In this document: positions 12,334 through 24,425 of the stretch, piece after piece | Layout: the number at the start of each line of letters is the position of its first letter | Position numbering within the stretch: position 1 is the first letter of the stretch | Assembly (NCBI RefSeq): GCF_001194135.2 | Contig: NC_068983.1 | Location: 93,764,021-93,828,020 of the forward strand | From: Octopus bimaculoides | Lineage: Eukaryota | Length of the DNA stretch: 64,000 bases | Reading direction: 5' to 3' | Program-made: the position numbers and the translations under genes | Notes under the pieces: generated by a model | Databases searched by the model: none | What the model saw: the letters and a program-made list of their open reading frames with translations, nothing else | What the model was told of the DNA's origin: nothing

Positions 12334-12907
12334 NNNNNNNNNNNNNNNNNNNNNNNNNNNNNNNNNNNNNNNNNNNNNNNNNNNNNNNNNNNNNNNNNNN
12401 NNNNNNNNNNNNNNNNNNNNNNNNNNNNNNNNNNNNNNNNNNNNNNNNNNNNNNNNNNNNNNNNNNNNNNNNNNNNNNNNNNNNNNNNNNNNNNNNNNNN
12501 NNNNNNNNNNNNNNNNNNNNNNNNNNNNNNNNNNNNNNNNNNNNNNNNNNNNNNNNNNNNNNNNNNNNNNNNNNNNNNNNNNNNNNNNNNNNNNNNNNNN
12601 NNNNNNNNNNNNNNNNNNNNNNNNNNNNNNNNNNNNNNNNNNNNNNNNNNNNNNNNNNNNNNNNNNNNNNNNNNNNNNNNNNNNNNNNNNNNNNNNNNNN
12701 NNNNNNNNNNNNNNNNNNNNNNNNNNNNNNNNNNNNNNNNNNNNNNNNNNNNNNNNNNNNNNNNNNNNNNNNNNNNNNNNNNNNNNNNNNNNNNNNNNNN
12801 NNNNNNNNNNNNNNNNNNNNNNNNNNNNNNNNNNNNNNNNNNNNNNNNNNNNNNNNNNNNNNNNNNNNNNNNNNNNNNNNNNNNNNNNNNNNNNNNNNNN
12901 NNNNNNN
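12294..12907. other. (CT)n followed by assembly gap 12334-12907; other gaps at 15466-16175, 17186-17195, 26411-26535, 29510-29696, 30878-31245, 57678-57687
   Basis: N runs flanked by microsatellites. Confidence 0.95.
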
Positions 12908-13260
12908 AAGCCCTAGCCAGGCGGCGCTGCTGACTATCTGTTCGAAAGTTATTTATCTAATTTCAGTGGAATCTATCCACTGGTTTTCAGAAATAGGGTT
13001 ATTAATATTTCTAAGTCTCTCTAAAGGAGACTACGACAGCGCCGCCTGGCTAGGGCTTGGCTGCTCTGCATTGACAAGGGGCAACACCCTGAAACTAGTC
13101 TGCAGATGCCAAACCAGCAGGGTGACACTGCTGACCTCCCCTGTTCGAAGGTTATAAAGGACACAGGTTTCGTGTGTCACATAGCTAGCTAGAGGCGATG
13201 GCTTCTTGGAGCTAATTCACGGCAGCTTTCGTCCTAATTTTGGGACTGCCATGTTAATGA
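12908..13260 (+). mobile_element. GC-rich, highly structured retrozyme / Penelope-LTR-like element, 5' end lost in the gap
   Basis: perfect 22-bp inverted repeat (12908-12929 / 13037-13058), hammerhead motif, several short hairpins, ~200 nt internal direct repeat. Confidence 0.5.
13057..13112 (+). ncRNA. type I minimal hammerhead ribozyme, U3-A8 core variant
   Basis: stem I TCTGCA/TGCAGA (extended by TTGGC/GCCAA); core TTGACAA; stem II GGGG-caaca-CCCT; GAAA; palindromic stem III ACTAGT; GUC cleavage triplet ending at 13100. Confidence 0.72.
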
Positions 13261-13299
13261 TATTTTTTGTAAGTTAGTAATATTTCACGACTTTTCATT

Positions 13300-13720
13300 C
13301 CTTCCATCCTTTAACAGCCATTGTCCATGCTGGCAGGGGTTGGACAGTTTGACAGAATTCAGTAGGTTTGGGGACTACATTGTATTCCAATATTTGTTTT
13401 GGCATGCTTTCTACTGCTGGATGTCCTTCCTACTACCAACCACTTTACAGAGTGTACTGGATACTTTTTTTTCTTGACACTTGCACTAGTTAGATCACAT
13501 GCAGCATACAAGACAAAGATCCCCTCTGACTGAGTGGAGCTATAGTAAAGAGGAAGGCTGTTTTATGTTACATGAGGGGTTAAAGTATAAAAGGAGGGAG
13601 AAGAACAGAAGAGGTTACTTGCTGTAAAAAAGCTACATGGATACCCCCATTATAGAAGAGTGGGTGGGAGTAGCTGGAATGGAGCTGGAAAGAGAGATAA
13701 AATAATGCTGAAAATACACT
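13300..13720 (-). mobile_element. RTE-LINE 3' tail / tail-derived SINE
   Basis: CCATGCTGGCAGGGGTTGGACAGTTTG...GGATGTCCTTCC family motif, also at 10770, 20700, 61840. Confidence 0.6.
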
Positions 13721-14610
13721 AGAACTTTTTCTCTGTCTATTTGTTATTTTTTAACATTTCTAGTTCAAATTACTCAATTTAAATCTTTTGAAATCATTTC
13801 CCTCTTTTTATCTTCATTCTCTATGCCTTTTCCCTTTTTCACTCCTTTCTTGTCACCTCTTTCTCTTCCCTTTACCTTTTCGTTTCAGCTTTCTTTTTAT
13901 GTGTGCTTTCTGAGTTCCAAAATATTCTATAGGGTTGTGTGTAATAAACTCTGCTCATCACTTTGTTCCTATAAGACAAAATATTATTCTTGAGGGCACA
14001 TTTTTAACTATATTATTTGTGTCTCTTCACAAGGCAAAATTTGGTTGTATTCAAAGGTCATGTTTTTATTAACCATTTTAATAGTACAGAGGTTTTTTTC
14101 TGCAATGAGTAAATCTGATTTGATTGGTCATTTGAAGATGAACTTGCTGAAAGTATTGATAACCACTTTAAACAGAAAATTTATAGATACATCCTAAATA
14201 AAAAAAAGGAAGCAATGAATGCATTGAGAAACATAAAGAATGCAAGCTGATTAATAGTCTCAACACTAGTGAATTCAATACTTTCCACTTTGTCATAGAC
14301 TAGCCAGCAGGTAGCAAGCTTGTCATTTTATGTGTAAATCCTATATCTGTATGAGATGAAAGAAAAATCATGAGAGGAATTGCATTGGTATGTTATGACA
14401 TGACCTAATCAATGCGTGAGCACAACACTTTATTGAATTCCTGCCTCTGGAAAAATCTTAGAACTTAAATGTAATTTTTTTTTTTTTATGTGGCTTGTTA
14501 TTAATCAGAGATTAAAAATAAATATAGATGCACATATCTTACTTATTTCATTGTTAACTTCAAAGAGTGATTGATATCAGCTTGTCAAATTGCCTGCCAG
14601 TATGTAGGCA

Positions 14611-14659
<49 letters not shown>

Positions 14660-15418
14660 AGTGGTACAATGTTTGTAAGGTTAAAGTGGTGGAATGGTCA
14701 GTAGACCACATTGGTCTAGTTAAAAGTTTGATACAACAGCTATGTTGTTCCCATGGGCAAGGCATGCACTTTTAGTCTCTTAAGTGGTTGAGTGGTTACC
14801 ATTAGAAAAGAATACATCTAACGGTAAATGTTCAAATCTGCAAAAATAAATTTTGGAAAGTGATAGCTTAGTTGGCATGAAAGGTTTTGTTCTGAACTAT
14901 AAAAATAAAAAAAAAGAAGTGAATCATGATGATATCACCTATTTTATAATCAGTGCTGCTGCTATGTCATAAAGATAAAATAATGTTTGCTAATAACACT
15001 TAGAAAACTCTGGAAATAAGCACCAACAACTGAAAAAATGGAGGGCTGTACAGTTAGCTTTTTAGTGTAACAGATTATAATTTTTATCATCTTGTCATAG
15101 ACTTAAAACTATGTCTGCATTTGGAAATTCTGCATTTGAGTGTAGCTGGCTGGTGGTTTCATGTCATACTTTAAACTTCATTCACTCAGTGAATAACTGT
15201 TGTAGATAAAACAAGTTTATCAAATGCTACAGGTTAGAAATACATAATAATTTGTATGTTTATGAGATCAATAAATTAATTTTAGATGATATGAAAAGTA
15301 TTTTATTAAACAAAATTGTAAAAGATGAATAATGCTTTTGAACAAGCAGAAATATTTTTCATAACATTATGAAATGAAATTAAAATGAAAATAATGAGAT
15401 TTTATGTGTATGTATAAA

Positions 15419-15465
<47 letters not shown>

Positions 15466-16217
15466 NNNNNNNNNNNNNNNNNNNNNNNNNNNNNNNNNNN
15501 NNNNNNNNNNNNNNNNNNNNNNNNNNNNNNNNNNNNNNNNNNNNNNNNNNNNNNNNNNNNNNNNNNNNNNNNNNNNNNNNNNNNNNNNNNNNNNNNNNNN
15601 NNNNNNNNNNNNNNNNNNNNNNNNNNNNNNNNNNNNNNNNNNNNNNNNNNNNNNNNNNNNNNNNNNNNNNNNNNNNNNNNNNNNNNNNNNNNNNNNNNNN
15701 NNNNNNNNNNNNNNNNNNNNNNNNNNNNNNNNNNNNNNNNNNNNNNNNNNNNNNNNNNNNNNNNNNNNNNNNNNNNNNNNNNNNNNNNNNNNNNNNNNNN
15801 NNNNNNNNNNNNNNNNNNNNNNNNNNNNNNNNNNNNNNNNNNNNNNNNNNNNNNNNNNNNNNNNNNNNNNNNNNNNNNNNNNNNNNNNNNNNNNNNNNNN
15901 NNNNNNNNNNNNNNNNNNNNNNNNNNNNNNNNNNNNNNNNNNNNNNNNNNNNNNNNNNNNNNNNNNNNNNNNNNNNNNNNNNNNNNNNNNNNNNNNNNNN
16001 NNNNNNNNNNNNNNNNNNNNNNNNNNNNNNNNNNNNNNNNNNNNNNNNNNNNNNNNNNNNNNNNNNNNNNNNNNNNNNNNNNNNNNNNNNNNNNNNNNNN
16101 NNNNNNNNNNNNNNNNNNNNNNNNNNNNNNNNNNNNNNNNNNNNNNNNNNNNNNNNNNNNNNNNNNNNNNNNNNNTGTGTGTGTGTGTGTGTGTGTATAT
16201 ATGTATATATATGTATG

Positions 16218-16248
<31 letters not shown>

Positions 16249-16268
16249 TTATATATACATATATACAA

Positions 16269-16300
<32 letters not shown>

Positions 16301-17351
16301 GTATATATATTTGTGTGTGTGTGCAATTCCATACATTTGCATATTTTTATGCGTATGCTTCTGTTTAGAAATAAAAAGTACAAACTATTCAATATAGAAT
16401 GTAGATTGCATTTACTTTGTCATACACTCTTCAAATAGCATTTAATCAAATGGAACCTGTAGTAATAATAAAGAAACATTAGTTTGGGAAAACAAGTGTG
16501 TGTGTATGTGTGTGTTTATGTAAATATGATACATCCTTTCATTTATGTATGTTTGGTTGATCAAATGAGTTGAAAATCTATTTACCAGTTTCGTATTGCA
16601 CTCTTCATAGTTTCTTATGATGTAGAAAGAAGGTATGGCATATGTTCTATACTAAATGAAGACAGTAGATTAACTGAGCTTCCCTGTCAGACATGAAGTC
16701 ATCTTCAAAGTGGAAGTGTTAAAGGCCAAGGTTAGTATGTGAAAGAGAAAGTAGGTGAACACCACACAGCACTAGACAAAAATAACTTGATTAAAAAAAA
16801 AGTCATAATTGAATCTCATACAATTATTGCACTAATACCAACTATTGATAAGCAAATAACTAATGTTTCTAAGATTCTAGCATTCTTCAATAACTCTATT
16901 GACACATATGTGCACAAAACAACAAATAACACCCCTCCAAACCAATTTTTAAAAAATCAAATTTTTGACTAAATATACGCTAATTATTTCTCATATAGCC
17001 ATCTATATTCAGCAAGACCTTTTTGACACACAAAGAAATTCTTATTACTTATGTGTATTCATATATTTTTGTATGTGTATGTATAAAGGAAACATATTGA
17101 ATATAAACATTATTTCTATCAAAATACAGAAATAACTATAACTACATTAATTACAATGGATACTATAAAAAAAAAAAAAAAAAAANNNNNNNNNNTAAAA
17201 AAAAAAAAAAAAAGAAATAGATAAATGCTTTATGGGTGCCATTTCAAGCTTTATACCAAGATGCTGTCAGCAACAAGAAATTTGGCATGCAGGTAGGAGT
17301 CTATCAGAACTCAGTTCTCATCTCCCACCCATTATAGTTAGAGCAGTTTAA

Positions 17352-17571
17352 CCCTTTAGCTTTCAGATTACTCAGTCAAATGTAATACTTATCTATTCAC
17401 AATGATATGCATTAATCATGCATTATCTCATAGCTTCAAGATTTCGTTGATGTATTTGTTTACTTTTAGAATGACACTGTGGAATAGGTATAAGAGGTTG
17501 GATCTAGTCAGTTTGGACGTAAAACAGGTAGAATATTTGGGTCGGATATGGCTAATTTAAATTCTAATGGG
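17352..17571 (+). mobile_element. TTAA-flanked MITE copy
   Basis: TTAA-CCCTTTAGC ... TTCTAATGGG-TTAA. Confidence 0.7.
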
Positions 17572-17580
17572 TTAAGAGTA

Positions 17581-17830
17581 GCTATCCATAGGAAAACCTG
17601 TATGCTGATGACCTTGTCCTCACAGCTGAATCTGTCAAAGATTTAGAGAAGAAATTCAAAATGTGTAAATAAAATCTTGAATCAAGGGACCTCAAAACAG
17701 ACATTAAAATAAGTCAGAAGTTTTAGTTTTCAGAAGAGAGGATTTCACTGTCAATTGTGCAGTGACCATGCTCAATATAAAGGAAGTAGGTAAGAATTCC
17801 ATAGTCTTCCCAATGTAAACCTAAGGATTC
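17581..17830 (+). pseudogene. RTE-clade LINE reverse transcriptase fragment
   Basis: translates LYADDLVLTAESVKDLEKKFKM followed by stops; YADD motif intact. Confidence 0.8.
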
Positions 17831-18040
17831 CCAAGAGGAATAATCGGAAGGAAGATTGAGGAGTGACTTTTTCATATATAGTGACAGGTAAGATGGTTGA
17901 GGAGGACTTCATATATAACAAGTATCTTGGAGTACCTGACAATATGTTGGTATTGTCCTCTATAATCTTCATGAATTTATTCTTGTCATTCAGAAAATTG
18001 TTATTATTTGTAATATATTCATCTTTACCCATGTTAATGA
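17810..18040 (-). pseudogene. Penelope-like element RT N-terminal fragment
   Basis: MGKDEYITNNNNFLNDKNKFMKIIEDNT...YEKVTPQSS resembles the PLE pattern KxDYxxK...LxDxxxF..L..DPT...YxxLxP upstream of LYGLPK. Confidence 0.5.
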
Positions 18041-18119
18041 ATGCATAACTTTTTGTTGCATATTCATTAACTATTACATGCGCATGTATGTATGTGTGTG
18101 TATGTACATGTGTGTGTGT

Positions 18120-18310
18120 CTGTGTTTCTGTTTGTCCCTCACTACCACTTGACTACCAGTGTTGGTTTGTTTTTATCGCTGTAACTTAGCACTTCAGCAA
18201 AAGTGATCAATAAAATAAGTGCCAGATGTAAAAAAAGAAATAAGTACTGGTGTTGATTTATTCGACTAAACTCTTCAAGGCAGTGGCCCAGCATGGCCAC
18301 AGTCAAATGA
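18120..18310 (+). mobile_element. composite SINE tail fragment
   Basis: CTACCACTTGACTACCAGTGTTGG...CAGCATGGCCACAGTC. Confidence 0.6.
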
Positions 18311-19479
18311 ATGAAATAAATTAAGGAAGAAAATAATAATATAAATGTGTTGTCTGTTAATATTTTCCTATCTAGTTTTGTTATGTTGTATGGTGTAATG
18401 CATTGAATTTGCTCCTTTATATAAGAACTGAGTGAGACCTGAAACATTCTGATAGAAAACAACATATCTTTTTACACCAAAGACATAAATGTAGAAACTT
18501 ACTTGGAATCAAAGCGTTTCCCTAGATAGAAACTGTCAGTGGTAAATTCTTTACGTAGAAAAGCATTTAAGTTCTCCTTCACAAACTAAGCCCTAGATAT
18601 AGAAATTCACACAATAAAAAACAAATGCTAATTAATGATGTGTATTCAACAAAGTAAATGACCAAACTTTAGAACAATGCAAGAAAAAATACAACACAGT
18701 AGGAAATAAACTAGACATCACACTTATGAAAAATACACAAAGCACATATATTACAGAAATACTAAGTATTCAATAGATGAATGTATTATCAAAAATCTTG
18801 TAAAACAAAATACATAATGCATCATAACAAACCATAAATTTACACAAATAAATAACTACAAAAACACTAAAATTTTTTAAAAAACCTTCAGTAACAAAAC
18901 AATAGATATGTGAACTCACAAACAAGTTACTAATGACCAAAGTGGTTTATAAATTTGATTGCAAACATGAAAGTTGTAAACATCATGACACATGACAATA
19001 TTACAATACAAAGAAACCTTGCAAAAAAAAGTTAAAACAAGAATGCAGTCTTGTATTCAATATAAGTGTTTTGTGTGTGTCTGTATAATTAGTAAGCAGA
19101 ACACAGAACTAATTCTCTTTCACATCCATTCAACCTATATACAACTAACTGTCTATATTTTTGTCTTTTATGTCTCTTCTTATTTTATCTAATTATTTAT
19201 TTATTTATTTTTTAATCACTTATCTTATTAAGATTTAAATGTTATTTTTCTGATTAATAAGTCAAAATTTTCCCACATATAACATTTCAATACTTTTAGC
19301 TTTGTACCTAACCTGACAAAAGGAAGAATAACCTTAATTGATTTTTGAACCTTAGTGGGTCTTCATCAGAGATGTCTACTTCACTTGGGCAATCCCAAAG
19401 AAATAAGTAGCCAGTTTGTTTATATACACAACAAATTCTGTAGCTTCAGAGAACTGGAGCTGCTAACTTGCATACTATA

Positions 19480-20379
19480 CAAGGTGGTATCAAGAAGTTC
19501 CCGGACTAGTTATGTGTAATAAAAAATAACTTATTTACCTAAGTTTTCACATCATCTTCGAAATAGTTACTGGTGCCAGTGTTTCTGCCTCTTTTGGAAT
19601 CCAGCCTAGAAGCCAATTTCCATAACTGGGTTGAGGACCTTCTGCGATTCACCCTGGATCTAATCAACGGTGTGAAAACAGCAACTTTTGAGCTGCCTTT
19701 TCATCTTGGAGAAGAGATGGAAGTCTGCAGGTGCAAAATCTGATGAATAGGGTGGATGCAGAAGTGATATCATGTTGCTTTTGGTGAGAAACTCATGAGT
19801 GAAGAGAGCTTGGTGATGATGTGTTGTTGTCATGGAAAATCCAATTCCTTCCCTTCACAGATCCGGTCACTTTTGTTGAATGTCCTCTCACAAAAGCTTC
19901 AAAATGTCACAGTAGAACTCTCAATCAACAGTCTGGCCCTCGGGGATGAATTCTTGATGCACAATACCATGGATGTCAATAAAAAACAATGAGCAGGTCT
20001 TCCAGATTGCTCATCATTTTCCAGGAACATTTTTTCCCTTTTGAAGCATACATGCCACTCAAAACACTGCATACAACCCATTGCCTAGTTGCCGTATGCT
20101 TGCTAAAGCATGCCCAATGTCTCTGTAGCAGATTTCCCAATTTTAACACAAAATTTCATGTTGACTCTTTCTTCCAACTTCCTGTCAATGACAAAAACCA
20201 CAGGTCATACACATGATCACGAAAACACAAATTTCACAACTTGCAAAGTAAACACAGTAATGTCACCCAACACGCTGCCTCATGAAGGTCACTGCTAGCT
20301 CTCACTGCCCACACAACTATGTGCTGCCATCTGTTGGTGCACTACAGAACTAGTCCAGGAACCTTTTGATACCACCTCG
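19480..20379 (-). mobile_element. internally deleted mariner transposon
   Basis: 30-bp TIRs (19480-19509 / 20350-20379, 4 mismatches), TA on both sides; minus-strand remnants CFEWHVCFKREKMFLENDEQSGRP (HTH) and PYSSDFAPADFHLFSKMK (YSPDLAPxD motif). Confidence 0.9.
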
Positions 20380-20696
20380 TAAGTATTTGACACCTTATCT
20401 AAGTGTTAAATACTGTCAAAAGGAATCTCAGTCCACAAAATGGATGAACAAATAAAAGAAAGTAACACTCAACACATTATTTAGTTGAAATTTTAGGTAT
20501 TTAATTACAGACTAACTCAGTTTCACATTATTTAAAGTTTCTTAAGTGCAAAACACTCAAAATACTTGAGACGTATAGAGTCAGACTGAAGAGAAATTAA
20601 AAGAAATTTTAAAATGGCTTCTGGTTCTGTCAGTCAATTCAGATCATGTGAGTATTTCAACTAGCAAATGACAACAGTTGCTTCATTACATTCTCC

Positions 20697-20699
<3 letters not shown>

Positions 20700-20728
<29 letters not shown>

Positions 20729-21080
20729 TTAACGTTTGTTATCCATGCTGGTATGAGTTGGACAGTTTTAACAGAGCTGGCAAGCTATGGAGCTGCACCA
20801 GACTCCAGTCTGATATGACATGGTTTCTACAGCTGGATGCCCTTCCCAACACCGACCAGTTTACAAAGTTGCTGGGTGCTTTTGCATGACACTGCACGGG
20901 TGCTTTTACATGGTACCACATGGGTTGTTTTTTGTGTGGCACCACTCTGACACTTTTATGTAACACTGCACAGGCACTTTTACATAATGTTACATGAGCA
21001 CTTTTACGTGGCACAACACCGTCACTTTTACATGGCATCACACAGGTACTTTTATGTAGCACTGCCACAACTGCTTTACA
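20700..21080 (-). mobile_element. RTE-tail element with locally amplified ~23 bp minisatellite (20875-21070)
   Basis: (CAT)n TTTAACGTTTG...CCATGCTGG tail; repeated CACTTTTACATGGCAC. Confidence 0.65.
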
Positions 21081-21499
21081 CCACCAGCAGGATCAGTCTT
21101 AATACTTCTACTGCAGAATGGTAGGTAAACAAAATGTTGGAATCAGTCAGGATACCACAAGACTTTAAGCAATGTGAAGATTAGTCAGGATATTTCTGTG
21201 TGTGTGTGTAAAGCAATAATAAGCTTATTCAAAATTATTGTTAAGTATTATAGAAATCTATGATATATGATTTATGTTTGCACTATGGCTATATAGATAC
21301 ATTTGAAGCATACATTATGTACTTAACAGTAAAACCTAATTAAAAGTTGTTTTTTTTTAATCTATATAGCATAGATTAAAATACATTGCATAGATTCTAT
21401 ATAGCATATAATCTATATAGCATAGATTACAGAGAACCATACTTTAACAAATTGTAAAAGTACACAATTGTTTCTATTGTATTCAGAATTTCAGCTCAG

Positions 21500-23400
21500 A
21501 AATAGTCATCACTTTTTCATATTCATAAATTGTTTCCATTCTTGTTGTTGAGCAAATTCAGCAGTTATACAAAGAAAAGTAAATGAAATAGAATAAAAAT
21601 CAAACACCTTTGTCTTATTGTTGTTGATGTTCAAAATTATTAATCATTTTAAATGTTCTTGCAACATTCTTGGCCAATAGTATGACTTTATTCACTTATG
21701 ACCAATGTTGCTGGCAATAAAAGGGAAAATGTGCAACACATTGAGAACATTTGGGAAACCTTGCCTAATATCAATTCTAATATTTGACCATAAATTTTCT
21801 TCAGTAACACATCATGAAATTCATTTGAAAAGTTTTTCTTTCCTTCTTTCTTTCTTTATTTATTTACTTATTTGTTCATTTATTTGTTGAGAAGAAGCAC
21901 TTCACTTTGAATATCACTTAAAATGTTATGACTTGAGTGTCACAGATGAAACTGATTTTTGTAACCAACCATTTTCATCTAACTGCTTTAAATGCTACAA
22001 AAGAATCAAAATCTCCATAAATGACACTGCCTATTGGAAAGTGAAGTGAAAGACCATCGATAGTCAATTATGTTGAAAACACATTCACCCTGAAATAATT
22101 TTCAGCATATTTGGAAGATGGATATCGCCTGTGACTAGTGAAACTAACACTCCAATTTTGATTAAAATACATCATGCTTCTTCAAGTATAGTGTTCAGTT
22201 TCAGGATATCTGCTCAGGTGATCAGTGTTGTCCTTTGCCATATCTAATGTGGCATACAAGATTTTATTGCTAAGTTAATTTCATGGATTAGTGTTAGAAT
22301 TTTAATTCAGATAACAAGTATCAGTACGTACTTACAAGTACCCAAGTATTTTTTGATATCTCAAAGATCAGACCTACACATTGTTGCCAAATTTGTAACT
22401 CCACTTAGCTCTGCCATGACATTTCTCAAACTATCCAAAAGCCATTCAATTGGTCTTACATCGTCAGTGCTCACTGAACATTTCTTTGACAATGTACATT
22501 GGGAGAGAATCTCTCTCATTGCTAAAGACTCAAAGGTATTGAACATTTATATACATACATTTATGTTGTTCCAAAGAATGTTATAGTTTCTTTCAGTACC
22601 AATGAGGGTCAGAATGTGACTTACACAACCAGAGAAAATGCAGTTCTCATTCTTTTCCTTTAAGATAGCCTGTACACCACTGTACTGTTAAGCCAGTAAC
22701 ATACAATTGAGCCATACAGTCTTCCATGTTCAGATATAGCCTTGCTAAGAAGTATAGGGTTTATCCTTGCACTTTCTTTAATCATTACTCTAGAAATTTC
22801 ATGAAATGCACAACAGTTTTCTTCAGCTGAAGAACATGTATCTTCTCTCTTCACATATCTGATAGTGAAAGGTAAATATTCTTTGTAAGAACAATCTGGC
22901 ATTCTATCAACAGCAATTGCAAAATAACATGGCTAGTTCACTAGTGCTCCTTTGCACAAATGATCCACAGATTTCAGTGAACTCATTTGTATATTATTTG
23001 ATATATAAGTGTACTTATGACATTGTTTCACACTTTTGTGCATTCTATCATACATTTTGCAATCTATCATATCTGCTTAGATACCTAATAATAACCATCT
23101 AAAATTCCATAGCAATTTGTCAGCCCCTTTTGTTGAAAAGGAACTGACAAATTGTTATGGACAGATACTTCCACCTCTGTAGAGGTCCTTTTGAGAAATA
23201 TTAATATGGAGATCTGTACTATACTATCCATGGTGTTGATTTACAATTAGAACGATTGAGATTGCAAATGCAGCTGTTGGCATATACACAACACACTACT
23301 CATAACAAGATACAGGCACTTCATTCCAAAGTTTAAACTTACCCTTCAGTGTTAGAATTCTTTTTAGCGCTGAACAGTTACTGACTGTATCTAAGGTATA
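21500..23400 (-). pseudogene. decayed hAT transposase
   Basis: minus-strand YFAIAVDRMPDCSYKEYLPFTIRYV (first catalytic D region), YSGVQAILKEKNENCIFSGCVSHILTLIG (CxxH), FPNVLNVLHIFPLLPAT (hATC dimerisation-like); many stops and frameshifts. Confidence 0.8.
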
Positions 23401-24129
23401 ATTTTTACCTTAGATATGGTATATATATAAGGTATAGAAATGTTTACTTATCCAGAATGATTCATTAGCTTCACATGCCAGACCTCAAGGAAAAACAAAA
23501 AGAATAGCACACTGTCCAATTGACAAACCTTTACTTTCTAACATTCTACAGTCCACATATGTCTTATCTCTGTATCTTAACATATATATATATGTGCTAT
23601 TTCTGTTATGTCATACTTCTGTTATATCTTAGTTCTTGTTCGTAAAGTGATTGAGCAACTATTCAGAGCTGAAGTGGCTTCTCACCAGGAAAAGAAATTG
23701 TGTACCTTCACTTCCCAGGTGACCCATTGTACTTGCCTGTCCTCTTAGTATCTTCCATATTGTGTCTCACTTGTCAATAAACATTGTACTCAAAGCTTTC
23801 TTCACCAAAATATGCAATTCTGCTTCTTTCTAATATTTCTTTACAGAATTGCAATTTTCTGAAATCCTCTCCATCCATGATTTCCCTATTAAATTGAACC
23901 AGCAAAAGGCCATGATATACATCATCCAGATTGCTCTCAGCTGCTTTGAAGGATCTGCATGAGCTAGGGACTGTCCCTAATTTTGAGAAATAGTAGCAAA
24001 CTTTGTGTATATAGACATATCTTTCAAGTTTACTATCAGTATATGGGGTGGATAAAGGTATAAGTGTGTGTGGGAGCTGTCATGTGCATGTGTGTGTGTT
24101 ATATAAATATATATATATATATATTTACA

Positions 24130-24330
24130 CACTTAAAATGGATGGAACTTGTGGCAGAGTGAGACTCAAGAAGACATGGAATGAAGTATTGAAGGCTCAT
24201 ATCAAGACACTGAGCTTTGCAATGGAGATGGCTTAGGAAAGGCATCCAATCATAGAAGCCTCACCAGCTTCAGCCAAACCATCCAACCCATGCCAGCATA
24301 GAAAATGGACATCAATTGATGATGATTATA
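24130..24330 (+). mobile_element. RTE LINE 3' end
   Basis: MDGTCGRVRLKKTWNEVLK (GRGRPRKTW-like) followed by CCAACCCATGCCAGCATAGAAAATGGAC...(GAT)n tail. Confidence 0.75.
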
Positions 24331-24425
24331 TATATATATATATATATATATATACTGAGGGTGATAAATTGAATATTAATTTCAATTTAAAACCAGTGGT
24401 GTAGCATATAAAAAAATCTGAATTG

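Noticed and set aside
15380-16438. Several ~300-aa ORFs (likewise at 26396, 29438 and 30792)
   Set aside because: They span N-gaps and dinucleotide repeats.
16594-16650. TATTGCAC seed (miR-25/32/92 family; human TMEM245 hosts miR-32)
   Set aside because: No proper precursor hairpin on either side; this 8-mer is expected by chance.
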